NCBI GenBank assembly: GCA_013815355.1
Contig: JACDGG010000002.1
Location: forward strand, 23,908 to 87,907
Direction: 5' to 3'
Source of the DNA: Solirubrobacterales bacterium
GTDB taxonomy: Bacteria > Actinomycetota > Thermoleophilia > Solirubrobacterales > Solirubrobacteraceae
Length of the DNA: 64,000 bases
Position 1 is the first letter of the stretch. Each line of letters opens with the position of its first letter. The notes beneath the pieces were generated by a model, which searched no databases, was not told where the DNA came from, and saw nothing but the letters and a program-made list of their open reading frames with translations. A program made the position numbers and the translations under genes. Positions 10,009-18,930 of this stretch are shown piece after piece.

Positions 10009-10092
10009 TGACTCCTAAAAGATGGGGTTGTGTTGCTCGTGCCTGGCTGTGATCTGGGCAAGCGGCCTGCTGCGCACCCCCAATCGCTGTCT

Positions 10093-10122
10093 CTCTAGCG
10101 TCGTTTCGCGTGTAACTCTTAC
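10093..10122 (-). promoter_or_regulatory. Recurrent promoter-like motif instance GTAAGAGT-N15-GCTAGAG
   Basis: Minus strand. The extended -10 region GAAACGACGCTAGAGAG is identical to the copy at 30980-30996. Points into the uORF and the pgmB-GH65 genes. Confidence 0.55.
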
Positions 10123-10188
10123 CCCGACCTGGGATCGGCACCCGTGTGGTTCCGGTCGGGCGAGCCATCGAGAAAACGCCTGAGCCGC

Positions 10189-10218
10189 GTAAGAACCATG
10201 ATCGAGGCGACGCTAGAT
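10189..10218 (+). promoter_or_regulatory. Recurrent promoter-like motif instance GTAAGAAC-N15-GCTAGAT
   Basis: Plus strand, divergent partner of 10093-10122. Points into the USP gene at 10288. Confidence 0.55.
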
Positions 10219-10287
10219 GATGGAGGCAGCTGCGGTGACGTTGACTGCGTTCGTGGCCTTTACCTCAAGTCAGAAGGGAGCTCGCGG

Positions 10288-11175
10288 ATGTCGATGTTCA
10301 AGAACGTGCTGGTTGGCGTTGACGGGAGCAGTGGTGGCCGCGATGCTCTTGCCCTCGCGCTGAGACTCCTAAACGCCGCGGACCAGCTGACCTTGATTCA
10401 TGTCCATTTGGAAACGACGGGGATCGTCGTCCACGAGTTTGACTCCTCAGCGCGCGATGACGCCCAGAAGCTGCTGGAGAACGAGCGGGAAGCGGCGGGG
10501 CGGACGGCTGAGCTCCTCAGCATCGGAGCGGCGTCGGTTGGCGCCGGGCTGCACCGCGTCGCCGAACAAAACGCCGCGGATCTGCTAGCCGTGGGCACAT
10601 GCCGCCATGGTCTTGTTGGTCGCGTGCTGCTGGGTGACGACACGCGCGCTTCGCTTGACGGAGCCCCATGCGCGGTGGCAATCGCGCCCCTCGGGTACGC
10701 CCAAACGTCAGCGCCGATCGAGGTCATCGGTGTGGGCTACGACGCCTCGCCTGAGAGCGACGCTGCCCTCGCTCTGGCGCACACCCTGGCCTCTGACAGC
10801 GACGTGAAGGTCCGCGCGCTGAGCGTCGTCTCGGCGCTGCCCTACGCCTACGCCGGGCTTGCGCCGATGAACCTCGGCTCGCAGATCGACACGCTCTTGG
10901 GCGAAGCGCGCGATCGTTTGGACACACTCGACGGCGTGGAAGGCCGGGCAGCCTACGGGCTGCCCGGTGAGGAGCTCGCGGCGTTCACTGAAGAGGTCAA
11001 TCTGCTGCTCGTCGGGTCACGCAGCTACGGGCCCGTGCGGCACCTCATGCTGGGCAGCACCTCCAGGCATCTCACTCGCACCGCACGCTGCCCGCTCTTG
11101 GTCCTCCAACGCGCCGCCAGCAAGCCTGACCCGGGACAGGTAAGACCACGGGCTCAAGCGACGCTAGAGCAGTAA
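10288..11175 (+). CDS. Tandem-domain universal stress protein
   Basis: MSMFKNVLVGVDGSSGG... with two USP repeats and the terminal GSTSRHLTRTARCPLLVL motif. Start moved to ATG 10288, which follows GAAGGGAG. Confidence 0.85.
   Translation: MSMFKNVLVGVDGSSGGRDALALALRLLNAADQLTLIHVHLETTGIVVHEFDSSARDDAQKLLENEREAAGRTAELLSIGAASVGAGLHRVAEQNAADLLAVGTCRHGLVGRVLLGDDTRASLDGAPCAVAIAPLGYAQTSAPIEVIGVGYDASPESDAALALAHTLASDSDVKVRALSVVSALPYAYAGLAPMNLGSQIDTLLGEARDRLDTLDGVEGRAAYGLPGEELAAFTEEVNLLLVGSRSYGPVRHLMLGSTSRHLTRTARCPLLVLQRAASKPDPGQVRPRAQATLEQ
11140..11169 (+). promoter_or_regulatory. Recurrent promoter-like motif instance GTAAGACC-N15-GCTAGAG
   Basis: Embedded in the last codons of the USP gene. Followed by AAAGGAGGA and ATG 11196. 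Confidence 0.55.
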
Positions 11176-11195
11176 CGAGAAAGGAGGATCCGATC

Positions 11196-11393
11196 ATGCA
11201 TTGCTACCCATGCGCCGAGCAGGGCGTCAATCAACCAGCGGTCGCGCTGTGTCGCAGCTGCAGCGCCGGGCTGTGTCTCGAGCACCTGCGCGAAACGGCG
11301 GATATGTTCGCGGCGGGCCACATCCTCGAGTCTTGCCATCACGACACCTGGGGCGCGAGCAAGACCGGCAGGACAGGGGCGGTTGACCGCTAG
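11196..11393 (+). CDS. Small Cys-rich zinc-ribbon-like protein (DUF2180-like)
   Basis: MHCYPCAEQGVNQPAVALCRSCSAGLCLEHLRE matches the recalled DUF2180 pattern. Strong SD upstream. Confidence 0.65.
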   Translation: MHCYPCAEQGVNQPAVALCRSCSAGLCLEHLRETADMFAAGHILESCHHDTWGASKTGRTGAVDR

Positions 11394-11783
11394 ATGGACG
11401 TTCGCCTGAAGCGCGCGTATGACCCCGCGGCATCCACCGATGGCTATCGCGTGCTGATCGACAGGCTGTGGCCGCGCGGGGTCTCGCGCAAGCGGGCCAA
11501 GCTGGATGAGTGGGAGCGCGAGCTGCCGCCGAGCACCGAGCTGAGGAAGTGGTTCGGGCACGAGCCGAGCCGCTTCGAGGAGTTTCGCCGGCGCTACATG
11601 GGAGAGCTCGGCGATCAACGGTCGCGACTGACCGAGCTTCGGCGCAGGGCGCGGGAGGGCACGCTCACGCTCGTCTATTCCGCCCATGACACTGAGCACA
11701 ACGACGCGGTAGTTCTCGCGGAGGTTCTGCGACAGGGACTGCCGAAGACTCCCCGGAGTCCCAATCAAAGGAGCACACGATGA
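11394..11783 (+). CDS. DUF488 (YeaO-like) protein
   Basis: YRVLIDRLWPRGVSRKRAKLDEWERELPPSTELRKWFGHEPSRFEEF is the YeaO-type signature. Confidence 0.85.
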   Translation: MDVRLKRAYDPAASTDGYRVLIDRLWPRGVSRKRAKLDEWERELPPSTELRKWFGHEPSRFEEFRRRYMGELGDQRSRLTELRRRAREGTLTLVYSAHDTEHNDAVVLAEVLRQGLPKTPRSPNQRSTR

Positions 11784-13048
11784 GCAAGGAGACCCATGTG
11801 ATCGTCGGCGCGAGCCTGGCCGGCGCGAAGGCCGCCGAGGCCCTGCGGGAGCTCGGCTTCGACGGCCGAGTGATGTTGATCGGCTCAGAGCCCGAGCGTC
11901 CCTACGAACGCCCGCCGCTGTCCAAGGACTACCTGAGCGGCAAGGTCGGCGTCGAGAAGGTTTACGTCCACGACGAGAGCTTCTACGAGAGCCACGACAT
12001 CGAGTTGCGCACCGCCAGCACTGTCGAGCGCATCGAGCAAACTTCAGCGGAGGTCGTGCTCGCCGGAGGCGAGCGGCTGGGCTATGACCGGCTGCTGCTG
12101 GCGACCGGCGCCGAGCCGCGGAGCCTGTCGATCCCCGGCGCGGACCTCGACGGGATCTACTACCTGCGCACGCTCCCCGATTCGGCGCGGTTGCGCGAGC
12201 GGATCGAGCAGGGCGGCACGGTCGTCGTGATCGGGGCCGGCTGGATCGGCTGCGAGGTGGCCGCCTCGGCGCGCCAGGCCGGTCTGGAGGTGACCGTGAT
12301 CGACCCGGCATCGGTGCCGCTGGAGCGTGTGCTCGGCGCCGAGGCAGGAGCGATCTACCGCGACATCCACACCGACCACGGCGTCCAGATGCTGCTCGGC
12401 ATCGGTGTCAACGCCCTCGAAGGGGCTCGGGCGGTCGAGCGGGTGCGCACCTCAGATGGGCGCGTGATCGACTGCGACTTCGTCGTGGCGGGGATCGGCG
12501 CGACGCCACGCACCACTCTGGCCGATAACACAAAGGTCGTGGTCAAGAACGGCCTCGTCGTAAACGAGTACCTCGAGACTGCCGTGGAGGGCATCTTCGC
12601 TGCCGGCGACGTCGCCAACGCCCGCCACCCGCTGTATGGGCAGCTGCGTATCGAGCACTGGGCCAACGCGCTGAACCAGGGGCCGGCCGCCGCACGCAAC
12701 ATGCTCGGCTCAGTCGATGCCCAGGACCCGGTGCTCGACCACCCGGTCGCCTACGAGCGCATCCCGTACTTCTACTCCGATCAGTACGACGTCGGCATGG
12801 AGTACACCGGTCATGCCGTCGACTGGGACGAGGTGGTCTTCCGTGGCGATCCCGCGGCGCGCGAGTTCATCGCGTTCTGGCTCAAGGACGAGCGGATCCT
12901 GGCGGGCATGAACGTCAACGTGTGGGACGTCACCGAGCAGATCCAGGCGCTGATCCGCTCGCGCCTGCGGGTCGATCGCGACCGCCTCGCCGACCCCGAC
13001 ACGCCGCTGACGGAGCTGGCTCCGGAGGTCGCACATGCCGAGCATTGA
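11780..13048 (+). CDS. FAD-dependent pyridine nucleotide-disulfide oxidoreductase (ferredoxin/rubredoxin reductase type)
   Basis: VIVGASLAGAKAAE and VVVIGAGWIGCEVA dinucleotide folds, plus the AAGDVA motif. 422 aa. Confidence 0.85.
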   Translation: MSKETHVIVGASLAGAKAAEALRELGFDGRVMLIGSEPERPYERPPLSKDYLSGKVGVEKVYVHDESFYESHDIELRTASTVERIEQTSAEVVLAGGERLGYDRLLLATGAEPRSLSIPGADLDGIYYLRTLPDSARLRERIEQGGTVVVIGAGWIGCEVAASARQAGLEVTVIDPASVPLERVLGAEAGAIYRDIHTDHGVQMLLGIGVNALEGARAVERVRTSDGRVIDCDFVVAGIGATPRTTLADNTKVVVKNGLVVNEYLETAVEGIFAAGDVANARHPLYGQLRIEHWANALNQGPAAARNMLGSVDAQDPVLDHPVAYERIPYFYSDQYDVGMEYTGHAVDWDEVVFRGDPAAREFIAFWLKDERILAGMNVNVWDVTEQIQALIRSRLRVDRDRLADPDTPLTELAPEVAHAEH

Positions 13049-14942
13049 GGCACCGGTCAGCTCGGGTATTGGCGAGGGCGCCGCGTTGAGCGAGGAGCAC
13101 CTTGACCGCGTCCGCCGGCTGGCCGCCCAGTTGCGGGTGGACTCCATTCGCTGCAGCACCCAGGCCGGCTCGGGACATCCCACTTCCTCGCTGTCGGCAG
13201 CCGACCTGATGGCCGTTCTGCTCCTCAGGCACCTTCGCTATGACTGGGAGCAGCCTCACCTCGCCGGCAACGACCACCTGATCTTCTCCAAGGGCCACGC
13301 CTCGCCTCTGCTGTACTCGATGTTCCGGGCCGTGGGCGTGGTCAGCGAAGACGAGCTCATCCACACTTATCGGCAACTGGGGGCCCGCCTGCAGGGCCAC
13401 CCCACGCCTGTCCTGCCGTGGGTGGACGTGGCCACCGGCTCCCTCGGCCAGGGACTCCCCGACGCGGTCGGCGTCTGTTTGGCGGGGAGATATCTGGACA
13501 AGCTGCCCTATCACGTCTGGGTGCTGTGCGGGGACAGCGAGACCGCCGAGGGCTCGATCTGGGAGGCCCTGGATAAGGCCAGCTACTACAAGCTCGGCAA
13601 CCTCACCGCGATCGTCGACGTCAACCGCCTCGGCCAGCGGGGACCTACAGAGCTGGAGTGGGACCTGGATCGCTATGCCGCCCGGGTGCAGGCGTTCGGT
13701 GCGCGCCCGCTGGTGATCGACGGTCACGACCCGGTGGCCATCGACCAGGCCCTTGCCGAGGCCCGCGACGGCGGCGAGCAACCGACCGTGGTGCTGGCCC
13801 GGACTATCAAGGCCAAGGGCGTGCCTGAGCTAGAGGACAAGAACGGCTGGCACGGCAAGGCCCTCCCACCCGATATGGCCGCGCGCGCCATCGCCGCCCT
13901 GGGCGGGCCGAGCGATCTGCTCATCACCACCGCCTGCCCGCCGCCGGGGGCCCCGGCGATCACCGCCGACCCCACCGCTCCGATCACCCTTCCCACCTAT
14001 GGGCCGGGCGAGAAGATAGCGACCCGCGTCGCCTTCGGCGCTGCCCTGGCGGCCCTGGCCGCTCGCCCCGAGGTCGTCGTCGTGGATGGCGAGGTCGGCA
14101 ACTCCACCCACGCAGAAGAGTTCCAGAAGGTTTGCCCCGAGCGCTACTTCGAGGTGTTCATCGCCGAGCAGCAGCTGGTCGCGACGGCCGTCGGGCTCGC
14201 CGTCCGGGGCTATGTGCCGTTCGCCTCCACCTTCGCCGTGTTCTTCTCGCGGGCCTATGACTTCATCCGCATGGCCGGGATCTCGCAGGTGAACATCCGC
14301 CTGGTGGGCTCCCACGCCGGGAGCGAGATCGGCGAGGACGGTCCGTCTCAGATGGCGCTTGAGGACCTTGCCGCCCTGCGGGCGGTGCACGGCTCGGTCG
14401 TCCTGTACCCCGCCGACGGACCGTCGACCGCACAGCTCGTCGCCGAGATGGCCGACACCGACGGCATCGTGTACCTGCGCACCACCCGGGGCGCCTACCC
14501 GGTGATCTACCCACCCGACGAGACATTTCCGGTCGGGGGGTCCAAGGTCCACCGCGCCGGGCCCCACGACCAGGTAGCCCTGATCGGGGCGGGTGTGACG
14601 CTGCACGAGTGCCTCACCGCCGCCGAGGAGCTTCGGAGCTCGGGCGTCGCGGTGCGTGTCATCGACGCCTACTCGGTCAAGCCGATCGATCGCGACGCCC
14701 TGGTGCAGGCGTGCCGGGTGACCGATAGCCGCCTCGTGGTGGCCGAGGACCACTACCCGCAGGGCGGAATCGCCAGCGCCGTGCTCGAGGCCCTGGCCGA
14801 CGCCTCGGTGCCAGTGCTCAAGGTCGCCCACCTGGCCGTGCGGGGGCTGCCAACCTCGGGGACGCCCGCGCAGCTCCTGGACGCCGCCGGCATCTCCGCT
14901 GCTCACATCGTCGATGCCGCCCGCCGGCTCCTCGCGGCATGA
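13035..14942 (+). CDS. tkt: Transketolase
   Basis: 635 aa with the SGHPTSSLSAADLMAVL ThDP motif, GDSETAEGSIWEA and the pyrimidine-binding and C-terminal domains. Confidence 0.9.
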   Translation: MPSIEAPVSSGIGEGAALSEEHLDRVRRLAAQLRVDSIRCSTQAGSGHPTSSLSAADLMAVLLLRHLRYDWEQPHLAGNDHLIFSKGHASPLLYSMFRAVGVVSEDELIHTYRQLGARLQGHPTPVLPWVDVATGSLGQGLPDAVGVCLAGRYLDKLPYHVWVLCGDSETAEGSIWEALDKASYYKLGNLTAIVDVNRLGQRGPTELEWDLDRYAARVQAFGARPLVIDGHDPVAIDQALAEARDGGEQPTVVLARTIKAKGVPELEDKNGWHGKALPPDMAARAIAALGGPSDLLITTACPPPGAPAITADPTAPITLPTYGPGEKIATRVAFGAALAALAARPEVVVVDGEVGNSTHAEEFQKVCPERYFEVFIAEQQLVATAVGLAVRGYVPFASTFAVFFSRAYDFIRMAGISQVNIRLVGSHAGSEIGEDGPSQMALEDLAALRAVHGSVVLYPADGPSTAQLVAEMADTDGIVYLRTTRGAYPVIYPPDETFPVGGSKVHRAGPHDQVALIGAGVTLHECLTAAEELRSSGVAVRVIDAYSVKPIDRDALVQACRVTDSRLVVAEDHYPQGGIASAVLEALADASVPVLKVAHLAVRGLPTSGTPAQLLDAAGISAAHIVDAARRLLAA

Positions 14943-14965
14943 GCCGAGACGAGGAGGCAGGCGCG

Positions 14966-16096
14966 ATGAAGCCGACTCAGCGGCTGCACGAGGCGGGCCA
15001 GAGCCTGTGGCTGGACAACATCACCCGGGGTCTGCTCGACTCTGGGACGCTCGAGCGCTACATCGTCGAGGACGCGGTGACCGGGCTCACGTCCAATCCC
15101 ACGATCTTCGACAAGGCGATCGAGGGCGGCTCGGACTACGACACCGAGATCGCCGCCCGCAAGGCGGTGGGTACGTCTGAGGAGGAGGTGTTCTTCGAGT
15201 TGGCCCTGAGCGACCTGCGTCGCGCCGCTGACTTGTTCGCGTCGATCCACGACCACAGCGACGGCGTCGACGGGTGGGTCTCGCTCGAGGTCTCGCCGCT
15301 GCTGGCCCACTACACCCAGGCCACCATCGAGGAGGCCAAGGCGCTGCACTCAAAGGCAGAACGGCCCAACCTGTTCATCAAGATCCCCGGCACCCCCGAG
15401 GGCCTCCCAGCGATCGAGGAGTGCACCTTCTCCGGCGTTCCGATCAACGTCACGCTGTTGTTCTCGGCCGAGCAGTATGAGGCCGCGGCCGAGGCCTACC
15501 TGCGGGGCATCGAGCGGCGGGTGAAGGCCGGCCTTGACCCCGCCGTTCACTCGGTGGGCTCCGTCTTCGTGAGCCGTTGGGATACGGCGGTGGCCGACCG
15601 GGTCCCCGATGAGCTGCGTGACCGTCTGGGCATCGCCGAGGCTGGCCGGGCCTACCGCGCCTACCGGGAGCTGCTCGACTCTCCTCGCTGGGGCCACCTG
15701 GCGAATGAGGGGGCCCGCCCCCAGCGCCTGCTGTGGGCCAGCACCTCGACCAAGAACCCCGCGGCGCCCGACGTGCTGTACGTGAGCGCCCTGGCCGCGC
15801 CCTTCACCATCAACACCATGCCCGAGGCGACCCTGCTGGCATTCGCCGACCACGGACACCTAGAGAACCTGATGACGGCCGACGGCGGCGACGCCGAGAG
15901 AACCCTCGCGGCGTTCGCCGAGGCCGGCATCGACCACCAAGCCCTCGCCGGCCAGCTCCAGCGAGACGGGGCGCAGGCCTTCGATGAGTCGTGGAAGAGC
16001 CTGCTGGCCAGCATCGCCGCCAAGCACGAGCGGCTGACCAACAAGCGGCAGCTGACATCGAGCCAGCCCCCACACATGCGCTATGAGCAACCCTGA
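14966..16096 (+). CDS. tal: Transaldolase (long actinobacterial type)
   Basis: GQSLWLDNITRGLL, TSNPTIF and NLFIKIPGT motifs. Start set at ATG 14966, which follows GAGGAGG. Confidence 0.9.
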   Translation: MKPTQRLHEAGQSLWLDNITRGLLDSGTLERYIVEDAVTGLTSNPTIFDKAIEGGSDYDTEIAARKAVGTSEEEVFFELALSDLRRAADLFASIHDHSDGVDGWVSLEVSPLLAHYTQATIEEAKALHSKAERPNLFIKIPGTPEGLPAIEECTFSGVPINVTLLFSAEQYEAAAEAYLRGIERRVKAGLDPAVHSVGSVFVSRWDTAVADRVPDELRDRLGIAEAGRAYRAYRELLDSPRWGHLANEGARPQRLLWASTSTKNPAAPDVLYVSALAAPFTINTMPEATLLAFADHGHLENLMTADGGDAERTLAAFAEAGIDHQALAGQLQRDGAQAFDESWKSLLASIAAKHERLTNKRQLTSSQPPHMRYEQP

Positions 16097-17447
16097 AGCG
16101 CCCCATCGGGTCGTTGTGGTGGGCGGTGGCTTTGGTGGCCTGCAGGCCGTCCGTGGGCTTCGCCGGGCGCCGGTCGAGGTGACGCTGATCGATCGCCGTA
16201 ACTTCCACCTCTTCCAACCGCTGCTCTATCAGGTCGCGACGGGTGCCCTCTCGCCGGACGAGATAGCCACGCCGCTGCGCGCGATCCTCAAGCGCCAGCG
16301 CAACGTGCGCGTAGTGATGGGCGATGTCCGCCGGTTTGACCTCGACCGCCGAAGCGTCGTGATCGATGAGCTCCCAAACGGCGATCAGGGGGTCGCGATC
16401 GAATACGACACGCTGATCGTCGCCGGCGGCTCGCGTTACTCCTACTTCGGGCACGACGAGTGGCAGCGCTTCGCGCTGGAGATCAAGTCGCTGGAGAGCG
16501 CGCTTGCGGTCAGACGGCGGATCTTCACCGCGTTCGAGGCCGCCGAGATCGAACAGGACCCGGTGCGGCGCGAGGCCTGGTTGACCTTTGTGGTCGTCGG
16601 TGGCGGGCCGACCGGCGTCGAGATCGCCGGGCAGATCGCGGAGCTCGCGCGCGACACGCTGCCCCGCGACTTCCACGCGATCGATTCGCGCCACGCGCGG
16701 ATCCTGCTCATCGAGGCATCCGGACGCATCCTGCCGGCGTTCCCGGCGCGGCTATCAGCGAGAGCCGCCCGGGCGCTTGAGCGGCTCGGCGTCACGCTCG
16801 CGCTCGACACGGAAGTCGTCGACCTCGACCAGCGGTCGGTCTGCACTCGAGATCCTGACGGCACAACCGGGCACGTGCCGACGCAAACCATTGTGTGGGC
16901 GGCCGGCGTGGTCGCCTGCGAGCTCGCCGGTGCGCTCGCCGCCGCCACTGGGACTGAGCCCGACCGCACGGGAAGAGTGGCAGTGAGAGAAGACCTGACG
17001 ATCCAGGGACACCCTGAGGTGATCGCGCTCGGTGACATGGTCAGCGTGCACGACACCACTGGCAAGGATGTCCCGCTGCCCGGCCTGGCGTCGGTCGCGA
17101 TGCAGCAGGGTCGCTACGCCGCCAGGGCCGTCCGCGCGCGTCTACGAGGCGAGCGATCTCCGCCGTTCCGTTACGTCGATAAGGGAAACCTCGCCACGGT
17201 CGGCAGGGCGCGCGCCGTCGCGGACATCAAGGGCATCCAGATCAGCGGCACGCTCGCGTGGATGACCTGGCTGACGGTCCACATCTTCTACCTCATCGGC
17301 TTCCAGAACCGGCTGCTCGTCATAACCCGCTGGGCGTTCAGCTTCGTCACTCGCGGACGCGGCGCGAGACTGATCACCGGCTCTGCACACGCCGCCGCCG
17401 AGGCAGATGTCGTGAGCGCAGCGCCTGAGCGTAAGAACACGGGATGA
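16083..17447 (+). CDS. ndh: Type II NADH dehydrogenase (NDH-2)
   Basis: RVVVVGGGFGGL and FVVVGGGPTGVE folds, GDM motif and a C-terminal amphipathic/membrane segment. Confidence 0.9.
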   Translation: MSNPEAPHRVVVVGGGFGGLQAVRGLRRAPVEVTLIDRRNFHLFQPLLYQVATGALSPDEIATPLRAILKRQRNVRVVMGDVRRFDLDRRSVVIDELPNGDQGVAIEYDTLIVAGGSRYSYFGHDEWQRFALEIKSLESALAVRRRIFTAFEAAEIEQDPVRREAWLTFVVVGGGPTGVEIAGQIAELARDTLPRDFHAIDSRHARILLIEASGRILPAFPARLSARAARALERLGVTLALDTEVVDLDQRSVCTRDPDGTTGHVPTQTIVWAAGVVACELAGALAAATGTEPDRTGRVAVREDLTIQGHPEVIALGDMVSVHDTTGKDVPLPGLASVAMQQGRYAARAVRARLRGERSPPFRYVDKGNLATVGRARAVADIKGIQISGTLAWMTWLTVHIFYLIGFQNRLLVITRWAFSFVTRGRGARLITGSAHAAAEADVVSAAPERKNTG

Positions 17448-17460
17448 AGCGACGCTAGAG
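17431..17460 (+). promoter_or_regulatory. Recurrent promoter-like motif instance GTAAGAAC-N15-GCTAGAG
   Basis: Overlaps the ndh stop codon. ATG 17467 begins 13 nt after the G of GCT and no SD is present, so a leaderless arrangement. Confidence 0.6.
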
Positions 17461-17466
17461 AGAGAC

Positions 17467-17829
17467 ATGGACGCAACTCCCACACCGGCAGGCCTCGATG
17501 ATGCTCAGGCCCTCGAGCTGAACTGGGACGAGGTGCTCGAAGCGCTGGCAGCGCTCGAGGGCTCCCGCGTAGCGGTCCGTGTCGTTGAGCGCGGCGAGCA
17601 AGAGACGCTCGTTGTGGTCTTCCGTGGCCACCTCGGAGCAGCGACACGCGGAAAGCACCCAACGGTCTTCTTGCCGGTCCGCGCTGTCGGGGAAGACGAG
17701 CCCGGCGACGTGGAGGACACCGGCATCCACCTGCACCGCGATCGCTTTCACCCAAGCGTGGCCAGTCTCGGACGCACGGTTCTGCACATCGTCCAGGGCC
17801 CAGTGATCGTCAACGTGCGGGGCATATAG
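17467..17829 (+). CDS. Hypothetical protein (120 aa)
   Basis: GC3-rich ORF starting immediately after the motif. No family recognised. Confidence 0.55.
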   Translation: MDATPTPAGLDDAQALELNWDEVLEALAALEGSRVAVRVVERGEQETLVVVFRGHLGAATRGKHPTVFLPVRAVGEDEPGDVEDTGIHLHRDRFHPSVASLGRTVLHIVQGPVIVNVRGI

Positions 17830-17855
17830 TGCGCCGACGCGCGGCGTGCCTAACG

Positions 17856-17933
17856 CGCTGGCGTCCCTACGCGCGGATCGTCTACTTGCATCTGCTGCTC
17901 GACTCGCTGGCCGAGGTTAGCCTCGTGGCTAGG
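17856..17933 (+). pseudogene. 26-codon 3' remnant of an AlkA-type glycosylase paralogue
   Basis: RWRPYARIVYLHLLLDSLAEVSLVAR aligns with the C-terminus of the intact gene at 31322..32299 (RWRPYAGVIYLHLLLDSLSEAGLVAEA). The nucleotide similarity is obvious by eye. Confidence 0.6.
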
Positions 17934-18930
17934 GCGTCAATCTCGTCACCGCCTCGGCCGCGGGGATGACATCGTGCAGGCGGTGCATGGTCTCGCCGGC
18001 ATAGAGCGCACCGGCGTCGACGGTGCGCTCGGGCATACCGGCGAGCGGCAGGGCGGGCGTGAACAGCCCGAGCGCCGGGCGCTGGAGTGAGAGCATCCTG
18101 CCCAACATCCCCAGCGGGACGGCGCCGCCGAGCGGGCCGCTGAGCCTGCTGGCACGGCGTATCCAGCGCGGCCCGAGTTGATCGCCGCGACACCACCGCT
18201 CGGTGGCCGCGTTGGGGATCACCCGGTGACGCAGCGGCCAGCCAAAGCCAAACAACAACGTGACCAGCGTACGATCGGCGGCCAGCACGCGCTCACGGTA
18301 GGCGCGGTGCGCCCCCGACTCCGGGGTGAGCAGGAAGCGGGTGCCTGCGACCGCGGCGGTCGCGCCAGCCGCCAAGACCCGGCGCACGTCTGCAGCGTCG
18401 GCGACTCCGCCGGCGGCGAGCACGGGCTTACCGTCAGCCACCTCTAGTATCCGCGCCAGCGCGTCCATGAGCGGCTCGACGCCCACCAGGTGCCCACCCG
18501 CCTCCACGCCCTGGACGACCAGCCCGTCGGCGTCCTCGGCCAGCGCGCGGCGCGCCTGCTGCGCTGTACCGACGGTATAGAACACCAGCACGCCGCCGGC
18601 ACGCAGACGCGCTAGGAAGCGGGGCGCAAAGCCACCATGCAACACAACCAGCGCCGCGTTTGCCTCCAAGCACGCCGCGACGTGAGCGCTCTTGATGAAC
18701 GGCACGAGCAGGTTGGCCGCCACCGGGCGACCGGGCGCCTTCCGGTGCGCCTCGGCCAGCGCGGCGGCGAACGCCCGCGGCGCCATCATCCCGACTGTCC
18801 CCAGGCCGCCAGCTGCCGATACCGCGCCGGCGAGATCGCCGCCAGCCACCCCGCCGGCCATCCCGGCCTGCACCACCGGGCGCTCGAGCCCGATCTCCTG
18901 TAGGAAACCCACCGATGAAAAGTCTCTCAC
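17929..18930 (-). CDS. Nitronate monooxygenase (2-nitropropane dioxygenase family)
   Basis: RPVVQAGMAGGVAGGDLAGAVSAAGGLGTVG and VLAAGGVADAADV motifs. Start set at GTG 18930, which overlaps the zwf TGA as GTGA. Confidence 0.8.
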   Translation of the reverse strand: MRDFSSVGFLQEIGLERPVVQAGMAGGVAGGDLAGAVSAAGGLGTVGMMAPRAFAAALAEAHRKAPGRPVAANLLVPFIKSAHVAACLEANAALVVLHGGFAPRFLARLRAGGVLVFYTVGTAQQARRALAEDADGLVVQGVEAGGHLVGVEPLMDALARILEVADGKPVLAAGGVADAADVRRVLAAGATAAVAGTRFLLTPESGAHRAYRERVLAADRTLVTLLFGFGWPLRHRVIPNAATERWCRGDQLGPRWIRRASRLSGPLGGAVPLGMLGRMLSLQRPALGLFTPALPLAGMPERTVDAGALYAGETMHRLHDVIPAAEAVTRLTP

